64,000 nt of DNA, taken from sequence record NC_010821.1; one strand, given 5' to 3'. Position numbers and translations under genes: made by a program. The notes below the pieces were generated by a model. It was given only the letters and a program-made list of their open reading frames with translations. It did not search any database and was not told the origin of the DNA. Position 1 is the stretch's first letter. Each line of letters opens with the position of its first letter. Below, one piece after another: positions 55,821-64,000 of this stretch.

Positions 55821-56659
55821 TAGATAAAGTCCCAACGGGTGCACTTGGCTGTAATAGCTGGAGAGTCCAACGTCATCGAGCCAGATGCTTTAATAGTAGT
55901 GGTAGCAGACTCACTGGTGTAAGTCTGAGTCTTAGAAGTAATCGTACTCGGTGTCCACTCATGGGTTGTACCACCCACAGTCATTTTGATGTACTGGTCT
56001 GCTTTAAGATCAATCCATTGCTTCTCAACGTTAATGAATGAATCGTTTGCATTGCGTAGTCGGACACGAGTTTCCTTAGAATTGATTTCAAAGAAGTTAC
56101 CTACATCATCAGCGACTGCTACTGAACCATCTTTGGTATTTATCTGGACGGTGTAAGCAAACGGCTCACCATTCTTTTTAGTTGTTTGTAGATTGACATA
56201 TCCATTTAGTGGAGACACAATAGTCGTATAACAGCTGTCGAGTGATTGACCAGCTCCACCCGCATTGGGGGTTGCACCGTAGGCATTGACAACATGCTCT
56301 AGGGTACGTAGTCCATTACGCATGTTCATGCTACGCCAGAAGTATTTGGTCGAGTTACCCAAACGGTAGATCTCAACGAGTTCACCTCGACGGACGTCAG
56401 GTGGGGTAACACGGTTATCATCAAACGGGTACCATTCACATTCCAGATCGCGAGTAGCGGTACCTTTTACTTCGTAGGCGTTACCCTTAGCATCAATACC
56501 CTTCAAAATATCCTGTACTGGGTTATGTGTTACTTCACCATCAGTTGCAGATGCGGACTCAACCGGTAGTGCTTGGATGATCCTAGAGTCGTAAGATTTG
56601 TTCTTAGTAACATACCCAACACTGAATAAAAATAGTGCAGATTTAATATCAGTAGCCAT
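55820..56659 (-). CDS. baseplate central spike (phiKZ gp164-like)
   Basis: OB-fold N-domain ([19 protein letters not shown]), beta-helix-like C-terminus; upstream of PAAR. Confidence 0.82.
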   Translation of the reverse strand: MATDIKSALFLFSVGYVTKNKSYDSRIIQALPVESASATDGEVTHNPVQDILKGIDAKGNAYEVKGTATRDLECEWYPFDDNRVTPPDVRRGELVEIYRLGNSTKYFWRSMNMRNGLRTLEHVVNAYGATPNAGGAGQSLDSCYTTIVSPLNGYVNLQTTKKNGEPFAYTVQINTKDGSVAVADDVGNFFEINSKETRVRLRNANDSFINVEKQWIDLKADQYIKMTVGGTTHEWTPSTITSKTQTYTSESATTTIKASGSMTLDSPAITAKCTRWDFI

Positions 56660-56717
56660 TGTAATTAACCTTTTACTTGGTTGTATAGATCTATAAGATT
56701 ACTTAAGGATTCTCAAA

Positions 56718-59207
56718 ATGCAAATTAGTCTAATGCGTCTGAAGTCGTATAAGCGACTGATGCGTTCAGGTATTCAATCCTTCGAATGGACCCCTACCAA
56801 ACAACTGATGCTGATCATTGGTTCAAACGGTTCGGGTAAGTCGAGTATCATGGACGAGCTATCACCGCTTCCGGCCCGACACAAAGCTTTTCTTAAAGGT
56901 GGCGAAAAGGAATTTCATTGTTATCATAATGGCAACCTCTATGTCCTTAAGTCAGTTTACAATCATGGTACAGGTGACCACTCATTCATCCGTAATGATG
57001 AGGAGCTTAACTCGGGTGGCACATTCAAGATCCAAGAAGACCTCTGCCTCCAAGAGTTTGGCTTGACTCGTGAAATCCACGACATCATGACCGGTCGTAC
57101 TCTCTTTACTGACTTGAGTACAGCGGAACGACGTAAGCTATTGACTAAGATGTCTGTAGTTAATCTGGATTATGCATTCGATATCTTCCAGAAACTGAAG
57201 ATTGAATCTCGCTCTCAGAAAGGTACAGTGGATACTATCACTCGTCGACTGGTTAACGAGAACCATGACATTCCATCTGATGCCGAAATGCAATTGATGC
57301 GTTTGGACAACCAGAAACTGAATGATCGATTGAATCAATTGTTCACTGCTCGTCAACCAAATGTTAAGCAAGGATTCAATAATGAAGAAGAAGCCGCTTC
57401 AGCTCTCTCCCAACTTGTTGAGCGTGCTAAAAGTTTGCTCTATAGTTACCCTAAGCTACCCGCGGGGTTTATTTCGAATTCCAGAGAAGACTTCGCAGAA
57501 CAAAAGCAACTCGTTGCAGGACAATGTTCCGCTATTCAGGCCGTAATCCAACGGATGGCTGAAGAACTAGAGTCCTTGAGGGGTTCTAATAGTGCGGAGT
57601 TTGAAGTTTCACCTGAGCAGCTAACTGGACTGCAATCGGAGATAGAACAACTACAAGCTCGTATTGACGAAGCACAGGCTAAGTTCGACCTAACTAAACC
57701 AAAGTTACCGATCTTTAACTTAGACCTCACCAACGATCCCCTAGGACGTCTGGAAGGTATGTTCTCTCGATGGATGGCTTCTATTAATGCTTTCCCTGAA
57801 AACGCCGATGGTTATATCTCGCGTCATGCCTATGAAGCCACAGTGCAGAACGCACAAGCTAACCATGAGAAGCGACGTAAGATGCAAGAGGCCTATCAGA
57901 TTGCTAGCCAAAGGTTGGCTCGACTGAAAGGTTGCGATACTGTAGTTTGTGTTAAGTGTGAACATGAGTTCAAACCGGGGATGGATGAATCAGAAGGTCC
58001 TCGACTGGAAGACTATCTGTCTAAGCTTAGTCTGAAGATGGATGAAGTTGATCTGGCCATCAAGCAAGACGAAGAATACATCGACCTCTTTAAAGAGTAT
58101 CGAGTGCATGTTAGTAACTTTGCAGCACTCAACGGCTCGTATTCTGACTTCGGTACTTTGTGGGATCATCTTGCTCAATCGCAGATTATGTTCCGTACAC
58201 CTAAGACGTTGATGGTAGATGCAGTAGAATGGCATACAGCGATGAAAAGCTACTTAGCCATACGTATGGACTCCGCTAGACTGGTAACGCTCCAAACGCG
58301 TCTACAGACGCTTAAAGAGATCGATTCTGATTCGGTTGCTTATACTCGTAAACGAATCCTCGAACTGGAACACAGTGTAGCAGATAAATACCGTGAGCAG
58401 TCTGAGACTACCCAGTTTCTTCGTGAGATTGAACAAGGCGAACGTGGCATCGCAGACATGAACCGTGAGATCGAATTGTTGTTGACCCGTTATACGGAAT
58501 GGCGTAAACGAGCAATGTCTCATGCGGAATGGTTGTTGGACAAAGCGTTCGAATCTGAGATCACTGAAACACAACTGCAATTGGCTGAAGGTACTCGTAG
58601 ACTCAATATCTCTGAACAGCGTGAGAACTCTATTCGAGTATTGGAGAACGAAGTTAACTCAGCTAAAGAAGTTTCGTCTGACCTTAACCTCCTGATTAAA
58701 GCATTGTCTCCAAATGGTGGTTTACTTGGTCGTTACCTGCTCGGCTTTATGCAAGGCGTGGTAAGTTACGTGAACGCATTCATTGGCGAAGTCTGGACTT
58801 ATCCAATGGAAGTACTACCCTCTAAAGTAGAGAAGGATGAACTCGATTACAACTTCCCATTGAATGTTTCTAATGGTGCTGTAATTGCAGATGACATCGC
58901 ATTGGGTTCTGACTCACAACTTGAGATGGTTAACTTTAGTTTCGAACAAGCAGTCCGTAAGTTCTTGGGTATGGAAAACTATCCATTGTTCCTTGATGAA
59001 TTTGGACGTACGTTCGATGAGCAACACCGAGCTAACTTGATTCCGTTTATCAGTCGCTTGATTGAGAACGGTCATTACTCACAAATTTTCTACATTTCCC
59101 ACTTCAGTAGTGAGCATGGTGCATTCAACAGTGCCGAGTACATGGTGCTTGATCCTACCAACATTACTGTCCCTGTAGCCTTCAATAAAAACGTGGTGAT
59201 TCGATAA
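56718..59207 (+). CDS. sbcC: SbcC/Rad50-like ATPase (phiKZ gp165-like)
   Basis: IIGSNGSGKS, long coiled coils with CVKC hook, LFLDEFG, ISHF. Confidence 0.9.
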   Translation: MQISLMRLKSYKRLMRSGIQSFEWTPTKQLMLIIGSNGSGKSSIMDELSPLPARHKAFLKGGEKEFHCYHNGNLYVLKSVYNHGTGDHSFIRNDEELNSGGTFKIQEDLCLQEFGLTREIHDIMTGRTLFTDLSTAERRKLLTKMSVVNLDYAFDIFQKLKIESRSQKGTVDTITRRLVNENHDIPSDAEMQLMRLDNQKLNDRLNQLFTARQPNVKQGFNNEEEAASALSQLVERAKSLLYSYPKLPAGFISNSREDFAEQKQLVAGQCSAIQAVIQRMAEELESLRGSNSAEFEVSPEQLTGLQSEIEQLQARIDEAQAKFDLTKPKLPIFNLDLTNDPLGRLEGMFSRWMASINAFPENADGYISRHAYEATVQNAQANHEKRRKMQEAYQIASQRLARLKGCDTVVCVKCEHEFKPGMDESEGPRLEDYLSKLSLKMDEVDLAIKQDEEYIDLFKEYRVHVSNFAALNGSYSDFGTLWDHLAQSQIMFRTPKTLMVDAVEWHTAMKSYLAIRMDSARLVTLQTRLQTLKEIDSDSVAYTRKRILELEHSVADKYREQSETTQFLREIEQGERGIADMNREIELLLTRYTEWRKRAMSHAEWLLDKAFESEITETQLQLAEGTRRLNISEQRENSIRVLENEVNSAKEVSSDLNLLIKALSPNGGLLGRYLLGFMQGVVSYVNAFIGEVWTYPMEVLPSKVEKDELDYNFPLNVSNGAVIADDIALGSDSQLEMVNFSFEQAVRKFLGMENYPLFLDEFGRTFDEQHRANLIPFISRLIENGHYSQIFYISHFSSEHGAFNSAEYMVLDPTNITVPVAFNKNVVIR

Positions 59208-59332
59208 TGCCAAACGCAATTGATATCGTACATTATGCTGTAACCCAACTAGCCTACCCCTTCTGGTCATTATGTGCAGCTGCCGGCGTCTGGCACACAA
59301 TTATTAATTTCGTAGAGGAGATGAAAAAATGA
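59207..59332 (+). CDS. 41-aa hydrophobic peptide (not in ORF track)
   Basis: TAATG coupling to the sbcC stop and ATGA coupling to the next gene; MPNAIDIVHYAVTQLAYPFWSLCAAAGVWHTIINFVEEMKK. Confidence 0.6.
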   Translation: MPNAIDIVHYAVTQLAYPFWSLCAAAGVWHTIINFVEEMKK

Positions 59333-59655
59333 CACCAGATGACGCGATCGTACTTCTCACACTGACCCTAATGATCGGTGGGATACTTTATTGCCTAGGA
59401 CGCATGGCTGGGTGGAGCATCCTATGGTGTTACTTTGTCGGTAGTGCGATCATCGAACTTAGCGTGCGATTGATTAAGGTACCATTAAAGAAACTAGATG
59501 AATGGTCATCCGCAAGGACACTGAATCGTTTACTACTTGAAACAGAGAAAGCTGATGCTCGTCGTAAGCTAGTACGGGATGCACTTGCACCAACGAACCC
59601 ACATACTCTACAAGTACGTCAACGTCGGCACATTACTAACCCAATGATCCAATAG
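59329..59655 (+). CDS. small membrane protein
   Basis: GAGGAG RBS; two hydrophobic segments then basic tail. Confidence 0.7.
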   Translation: MTPDDAIVLLTLTLMIGGILYCLGRMAGWSILWCYFVGSAIIELSVRLIKVPLKKLDEWSSARTLNRLLLETEKADARRKLVRDALAPTNPHTLQVRQRRHITNPMIQ

Positions 59656-59663
59656 GTGACCAT

Positions 59664-59843
59664 ATGTTTAAAGACTATGTATTACTGGCGTACATCGCAA
59701 TCATGTGCACGCCACTTCTGTGGTTCGTGAGGCCTCACAAGATTCCTGGTAATGTTAAATGGTACTACGGGCACGTGATAGTGGTAATCATCTCACTCAT
59801 CGGTCTTGCAACATACCGCTATAACTACCCATCGGTGTTATAA
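59664..59843 (+). CDS. 59-aa two-TM membrane protein (not in ORF track)
   Basis: AGGTG RBS; MFKDYVLLAYIAIMCTPLLWFVRPHKIPGNVKWYYGHVIVVIISLIGLATYRYNYPSVL; stop abuts a terminator. Confidence 0.7.
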   Translation: MFKDYVLLAYIAIMCTPLLWFVRPHKIPGNVKWYYGHVIVVIISLIGLATYRYNYPSVL

Positions 59844-59878
59844 ACATACGGCCTCCCTTCGGGGAGGCTTTATGACGT
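59844..59878 (+). terminator. stem-loop GCCTCCC-TTCG-GGGAGGC
   Basis: ACATACG / TTTATGACG flanks. Confidence 0.85.
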
Positions 59879-59888
59879 TAATACATTT

Positions 59889-59910
59889 TATTTGAGATTT
59901 ATATCATTCA
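59889..59910 (+). promoter_or_regulatory. putative early promoter
   Basis: Exact copy of 8441-8462. Confidence 0.6.
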
Positions 59911-59939
59911 CTAGCAGTATAGGTAAGGAAACACTATTC

Positions 59940-60392
59940 ATGTTGTTGAGCGATGTAACTAATCAACTAGGTGCCGGTAGTGCGTATGAGTTCCTCACGG
60001 CATCGCAGTGGGTCAGAGCAAGGCAAGACATACGTGTGTACTACAAAGGCACCCAAATCAACGTAGTGGTGCGCAAAGGGGGGTTCTGGTTCGTAACGAA
60101 CGTAGGTACAACACTTAGATATGTTAGACTCACTTCACAGATCGCTGACCAACTAATTATTAGTCAACGAGATGCTAATTACCTTCTTGATCTACCTAGT
60201 AAAGTAGACAAAGAAGATCTTGATATCCAACAACCTAAACGAGAAGACTCTATGGATGAAACAAGCAACGGCTTCACTGACTTACAAATGAAGAACATGG
60301 CTTTTGCCATGGGTATGTTTTGCGTCGCTACTGCAACAGTGTTTGGTGTTAAGACTGTAGTTAATATTGTTCCTAAGGGGCGAGGTAAATAA
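59940..60392 (+). CDS. hypothetical protein with C-terminal hydrophobic segment
   Basis: ATG at 59940 after TAAGGA (track start 59892 lies in the promoter). Confidence 0.6.
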   Translation: MLLSDVTNQLGAGSAYEFLTASQWVRARQDIRVYYKGTQINVVVRKGGFWFVTNVGTTLRYVRLTSQIADQLIISQRDANYLLDLPSKVDKEDLDIQQPKREDSMDETSNGFTDLQMKNMAFAMGMFCVATATVFGVKTVVNIVPKGRGK

Positions 60393-60515
60393 TACTGTTA
60401 GGTCTACCTCTATGTAGAGGGGAGTTATCTTAAAAGTTTATTCATATAAACTATAGAGCTAAGCTCTATACTCCTTTTTCTTAAATTAGAGACAGACCAA
60501 CATAAGGCAAGCGGT

Positions 60516-60776
60516 ATGAAAGATAATTGGTATAACCGTGTTAAGAAAGCTGTACAAGAAAACATTCCAGTAATCGTAACTATCGGCACTACAGTCGCAG
60601 CAGTAGCTGCGGTTATGTATGCTAAGGATGAACTAGACGAAACAGTCAAAGGCAACAATGAGTTATTGAAAACGATTGAAGAGAAAATTGCTATTGCTAT
60701 TGAGTCACCAACCATTGTTAAAGTTGAAATAGGTGACGAGATTGAATTGTTTGGTACAGGTAATCGTACCGATTAA
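60516..60776 (+). CDS. small single-TM protein
   Basis: IPVIVTIGTTVAAVAAVMYA; stop abuts a hairpin. Confidence 0.7.
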   Translation: MKDNWYNRVKKAVQENIPVIVTIGTTVAAVAAVMYAKDELDETVKGNNELLKTIEEKIAIAIESPTIVKVEIGDEIELFGTGNRTD

Positions 60777-60815
60777 CGACATAAAGCCCCTCCCGTGAAG
60801 GAAGGGCTTGTATTA
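60776..60815. terminator. bidirectional stem-loop
   Basis: ACGACATAAAGCCCCTCC/GGAAGGGCTT with one mismatch, between convergent genes. Confidence 0.7.
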
Positions 60816-61340
60816 TTTCTGAGGTAGGTCGTCTAAAAGACCCATCTCTCTGGAACGTTGTTCAAGCTGTTCTTTGTTAACGACATCCATACGGCTGATG
60901 AATTTATCAGAGGCTTCAATGATGACACCTTGATCACCCTCACCTTTGGCATGGCCTTTCTCGAAAGCTTCAGGTAGTTCTCCAAGGTCTTGGGATTGAG
61001 TAGGCTCACTTGGTTCTCGCTTAAGGAACGGATGTGCACCACCTGACTGTTGCACCGATTGTGCAATGGCGTTAAGAATACTGAGGGCGTCATCGCCTTT
61101 CTTCTCATCAACCACCAGTCGACGTTTAGCAATCGTGACTTTATCCATTGAGTCGGCTACTTTCAAGAGAAGTTCGACACCATCTTTATCAGTAGGTAGA
61201 CCTTCTGGACCAGCCGTAAGTTTGTGCAGTAAGCGACCTTTTAAACGTTGAGTATGTTTAAGTTGGTCATCGAAGTCTAATTCGGCGTAGTCAACATCGG
61301 GTTGTTCTGGATCTACGAATAGGTTATTAATTGGTTCCAT
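60813..61340 (-). CDS. conserved hypothetical protein
   Basis: 175 aa; helical N-half (LPTDK..V.LLLK..D.MDK) and acidic C-half. Confidence 0.75.
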   Translation of the reverse strand: MEPINNLFVDPEQPDVDYAELDFDDQLKHTQRLKGRLLHKLTAGPEGLPTDKDGVELLLKVADSMDKVTIAKRRLVVDEKKGDDALSILNAIAQSVQQSGGAHPFLKREPSEPTQSQDLGELPEAFEKGHAKGEGDQGVIIEASDKFISRMDVVNKEQLEQRSREMGLLDDLPQK

Positions 61341-61403
61341 GAAGTTATACCTGACTGGATATAGTTATGTCGTACGACACGTTTAATTGAAAGGGTCTAT
61401 AAA

Positions 61404-61940
61404 ATGATAGATAAAATCGAACGTTTGCTGAGGCGTTGGTCTAAATCAACTCCAAAAGCAACCTACTTTAAATACCTGGAACAGTTTGAAAAGGCAGATA
61501 CGTCGATCACTACTCTACCGATTATGTTGGTTGAGTTCTGGCGTCGGGTTGACCTTAAGCACTTTGAGACAGGTCCAACCCTTAAAGAAATGATGTATGA
61601 AAAGGTTCATGTTCGACATAAATCGATTTCTGAACTAGCGGCTATCTTGGCTATGGCGACTGGGTCGCTTGCCCAAGACGATGAGAACTTCATTCATGAG
61701 ATCTCTATCAATCAGTTCGCAGTCTTCGAAGACCTGACCATGGATGATTACTTTGCCAATTCGAAAGGGGGTTCTGTATCCTATTCGGAAGGTGTTGCTA
61801 TCTTGCGTCAAGCAATGTTAGCACATGGCGATGTGATCGAAAATATGCCACCTGGGTATCATTGCCGGATGTTGAATCGGATGTACAATGATATCCTGAA
61901 CGTTACAGTTACCATCGTAAACCAAATGAAGGACTCCTAA
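61404..61940 (+). CDS. conserved hypothetical protein
   Basis: AAGGG RBS; stand-alone TTATGTCGT upstream (61365-61373). Confidence 0.75.
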   Translation: MIDKIERLLRRWSKSTPKATYFKYLEQFEKADTSITTLPIMLVEFWRRVDLKHFETGPTLKEMMYEKVHVRHKSISELAAILAMATGSLAQDDENFIHEISINQFAVFEDLTMDDYFANSKGGSVSYSEGVAILRQAMLAHGDVIENMPPGYHCRMLNRMYNDILNVTVTIVNQMKDS

Positions 61941-62002
61941 CAATCAGGTCAAATTTAACCGTAGTATCGAACCCTGTTTAATTCACCGTAGGTGTAGAGC
62001 TA

Positions 62003-62758
62003 ATGGATTCTGTAAACGATTTGTTGTCCGATCCACTTAAGGGCACTAAACGCGCGCAAGGCGTACTGTGTTATTTGTTCCGTGAAGCATTGTTGTGGCG
62101 TAAGATGAACCGCTTTACTTGGGGTCGTCTTCAAAACAACTATTTCTTGAAACCCCATAATCAGGTTAAACCTGATAAAGGTAACTTGAATAAAGTGCTG
62201 ATCGCAGATGACATGAACTGGCAGGCTTTCTGCAAAGCTATTGACTTCCTCAATCCACACAAAGCGTATCTTGATATCAAGCTACACTGGAAAGATGGTA
62301 GTACTAGCGACTATCGGGTTGTAGTAGACCCGACTGATCCAGAAGACAAACCAACTGCCAACGAATTCCACTGGACAGATTGTGAAATCTTTAAGCGTGC
62401 AAAAGATCCATCTTTGTTGATGGCTCATCTGTACCGTCACATCGCAGCCAGTGAAGGCTCTAAACACCCTGACCAACTCGTTTGGTGGGAAAAGCTGTTT
62501 GAAGATTATACCAAGAACCCGGCTAACGTCGTAGGTATGACTCAGACTGAGATAAACAAGAACGTTCAAGGCTTGAAGCGATCCATCGTCGATCCGCGTT
62601 TGAGCTGGAACGGGTTTCGTAAAGGACTGCATCTGCTTCGCCCTAAAGCGGAGGAGTACACCTTAACACTACAATGGGCGGATAACCCTGAGTTGCGTAA
62701 GACTCTACCCGATTCAATTCATCCGATCTATATCGCTGATCCTTATTTCGTGGAGTGA
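62003..62758 (+). CDS. conserved protein with two internally duplicated domains
   Basis: Halves share L..L[FY]R...W..L...Y...P.N...L......[ML][NS]W..F.K.[IL]..L.P...L...W. Confidence 0.75.
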   Translation: MDSVNDLLSDPLKGTKRAQGVLCYLFREALLWRKMNRFTWGRLQNNYFLKPHNQVKPDKGNLNKVLIADDMNWQAFCKAIDFLNPHKAYLDIKLHWKDGSTSDYRVVVDPTDPEDKPTANEFHWTDCEIFKRAKDPSLLMAHLYRHIAASEGSKHPDQLVWWEKLFEDYTKNPANVVGMTQTEINKNVQGLKRSIVDPRLSWNGFRKGLHLLRPKAEEYTLTLQWADNPELRKTLPDSIHPIYIADPYFVE

Positions 62759-62761
62759 CAT

Positions 62762-63298
62762 ATGGTCGATACACAACGAGCTGATGCGGTATTGGAAACG
62801 GTTAAAACAAGCCTTAGAGCTGGCGAGCGGTTTTTGCTTTACCTTGCGTTTGTTAACGGTAAAACAAAACCACCCAAATATCACAACGGTCATATGAGAT
62901 CGCTGGCTCAGCGTGGACTTATTGAACTACTTCCCACCGGTGAATACAAACTGACTTTGGCGGGCGTAGACACATACACCCAGATTTATCTGAACGACGT
63001 AAAGATTGGCGCACGGGATGAAGTTACGACAATCAACTACTTCCGCTGTCACTTCAGTGAAAGATTGCGCGAGGGTTTCGAGGGACCAGTGATCGTATGC
63101 AGTAATGAGGGTGTAATCAATTACACCAAAATGCTCCAGATCACAGAACACCTGAGTCTTAGTCCACGTACGGTTGAATGTGACTACGCCGTGCTGGATT
63201 TCATTGACGAATACACGGGTGAGTCACATGATCTTTATCCGGGTGACACCGTGGTAATGAACAGTGACGGTTACGTAATCCACAAGTTCTCGGAGTGA
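62762..63298 (+). CDS. hypothetical protein with winged-helix-like N-domain
   Basis: SLAQRGLIELLPTGEYKLTLAG is a typical wHTH recognition helix and wing. Confidence 0.6.
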   Translation: MVDTQRADAVLETVKTSLRAGERFLLYLAFVNGKTKPPKYHNGHMRSLAQRGLIELLPTGEYKLTLAGVDTYTQIYLNDVKIGARDEVTTINYFRCHFSERLREGFEGPVIVCSNEGVINYTKMLQITEHLSLSPRTVECDYAVLDFIDEYTGESHDLYPGDTVVMNSDGYVIHKFSE

Positions 63299-63300
63299 TA

Positions 63301-63678
63301 ATGAGCGTACTTGATCTGTCTGATCCAACAACCTGCCCAAAACAGTTTGACTTCGGCTTCGAGTACCCTAAATCTACATTGACGGGAATTACGTTCCTGT
63401 CATATGAGGGTCTTAGAGCTTACATCATCACAGGTTCAAAACACAACGAGTACTTACAAGGGAACATCGCTTACGCTAACCAGAACTACAAAGCTGATTA
63501 CATCTACGTGCCAGCTTTGAAGGAACTCATGGAATCGACGCTACGTATTGAAATTGCGAAGTATCCTTTCTTGGGTTTGAAGTATGGACCTAAGACTGAG
63601 GTTATCTGGTCTAAGATCGGAATCACTCCCGCTCAACAAGAGTGGGTTGAAACAGTACGGAAGGTACTGTCGAAATAA
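63301..63678 (+). CDS. hypothetical protein
   Basis: GGAG RBS; coupled to the upstream stop. Confidence 0.7.
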   Translation: MSVLDLSDPTTCPKQFDFGFEYPKSTLTGITFLSYEGLRAYIITGSKHNEYLQGNIAYANQNYKADYIYVPALKELMESTLRIEIAKYPFLGLKYGPKTEVIWSKIGITPAQQEWVETVRKVLSK

Positions 63679-63744
63679 AGTAGTAAATCCAAAATAGCCG
63701 CCTGACCAATTCCGTTCAGGCGCTTAACTTAAAAGGTAGTACAT

Positions 63745-64000
63745 ATGAACGTTAAAGAAGAAACCCTCAAGTTGCAAGTCCTGACCACTAAAGCTCTGGC
63801 ATGGATCAATACTAAAGCGATCAAAGAAGAACGGGTCACCATCCAACAACTAGCACAGTCTCTACGTGTATCAGTTGCAAAAGCAAAGGAGATCGTAGGA
63901 TTCCTGATGCGCGGCCCAGGTGATAATGATCGTCTTGCCAACACATACCAGATCTTCGTTCAGGGGAATCAAATTCCAGATTGGATGAGGCCACATTTGT
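63745..64000 (+). CDS. HTH-like protein, 5' part (runs off window)
   Basis: AAAGGT RBS; MNVKEETLKLQ..VTIQQLAQSLRVSVAKAKEIV; open to the window end. Confidence 0.6.
   Translation, partial: MNVKEETLKLQVLTTKALAWINTKAIKEERVTIQQLAQSLRVSVAKAKEIVGFLMRGPGDNDRLANTYQIFVQGNQIPDWMRPHL

Noticed and set aside
55554-56659. PAAR gene as evidence of a type VI secretion system
   Set aside because: It is coupled to the phage central-spike gene; spike + PAAR is the expected contractile-tail tip.
49894-56695. TTGTATAGAT at two divergent intergenic regions (49894, 56681)
   Set aside because: Only two 10-nt copies in AT-rich DNA; insufficient to call a motif.
679-60815. Recurring CATAAAG...CTTTATG elements as CRISPR or mobile-element repeats
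   Set aside because: Dispersed singly at gene ends with variable stems; no regular spacers, cas or transposase genes.
1-64000. tRNA, rRNA, CRISPR arrays, integrase or transposase
   Set aside because: No cloverleaf-like sequence in the short intergenic gaps and no such coding motifs found by eye; a tRNAscan/Infernal run would be needed to exclude them formally.

Overview
64 kb from the core of a lytic, nucleus-forming phiKZ-like jumbo phage (Chimalliviridae-type, Pseudomonas-infecting), with no host genes, tRNA, rRNA or CRISPR. Gene order: small accessory ORFs; inner-head-type protein; DnaB-like helicase; major capsid protein; non-virion RNAP beta subunit; a short early accessory cassette (13.8-16.5 kb); baseplate/portal genes; four gp131-family tail-fibre-like paralogues; a 2OG-Fe(II) oxygenase pair; RuvC; spanins and endolysin; a 1480-aa repeat/collagen fibre; virion RNAP beta C-terminal subunit; UvsX/RecA; RNase H; head ejection-type proteins; spike and PAAR tip; SbcC; small membrane and DNA-binding ORFs. 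Counting genes from the capsid gene reproduces the numbering I recall for P. chlororaphis phage 201phi2-1 (gp200 capsid, gp203 RNAP, gp229 endolysin, gp233 RNAP, gp237 RecA, gp240 RNase H). This is recollection, not a search. Best leads: (1) two miniature homologues of the phiKZ head-maturation protease, one with catalytic His/Ser apparently intact and one apparently dead, bracketing a GNAT and a lipoprotein behind an early-type promoter; (2) an active plus degenerate 2OG-Fe(II) oxygenase pair in the fibre module near a collagen-like fibre; (3) a family of intergenic hairpins whose flanks are sequence-conserved (RCATAAAG...CTTTATGYYG) and match stand-alone late-promoter-like sites. All protein calls come from motif reading and synteny, without database searches. 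Start codons were adjusted where the RBS or overlaps argued for it.
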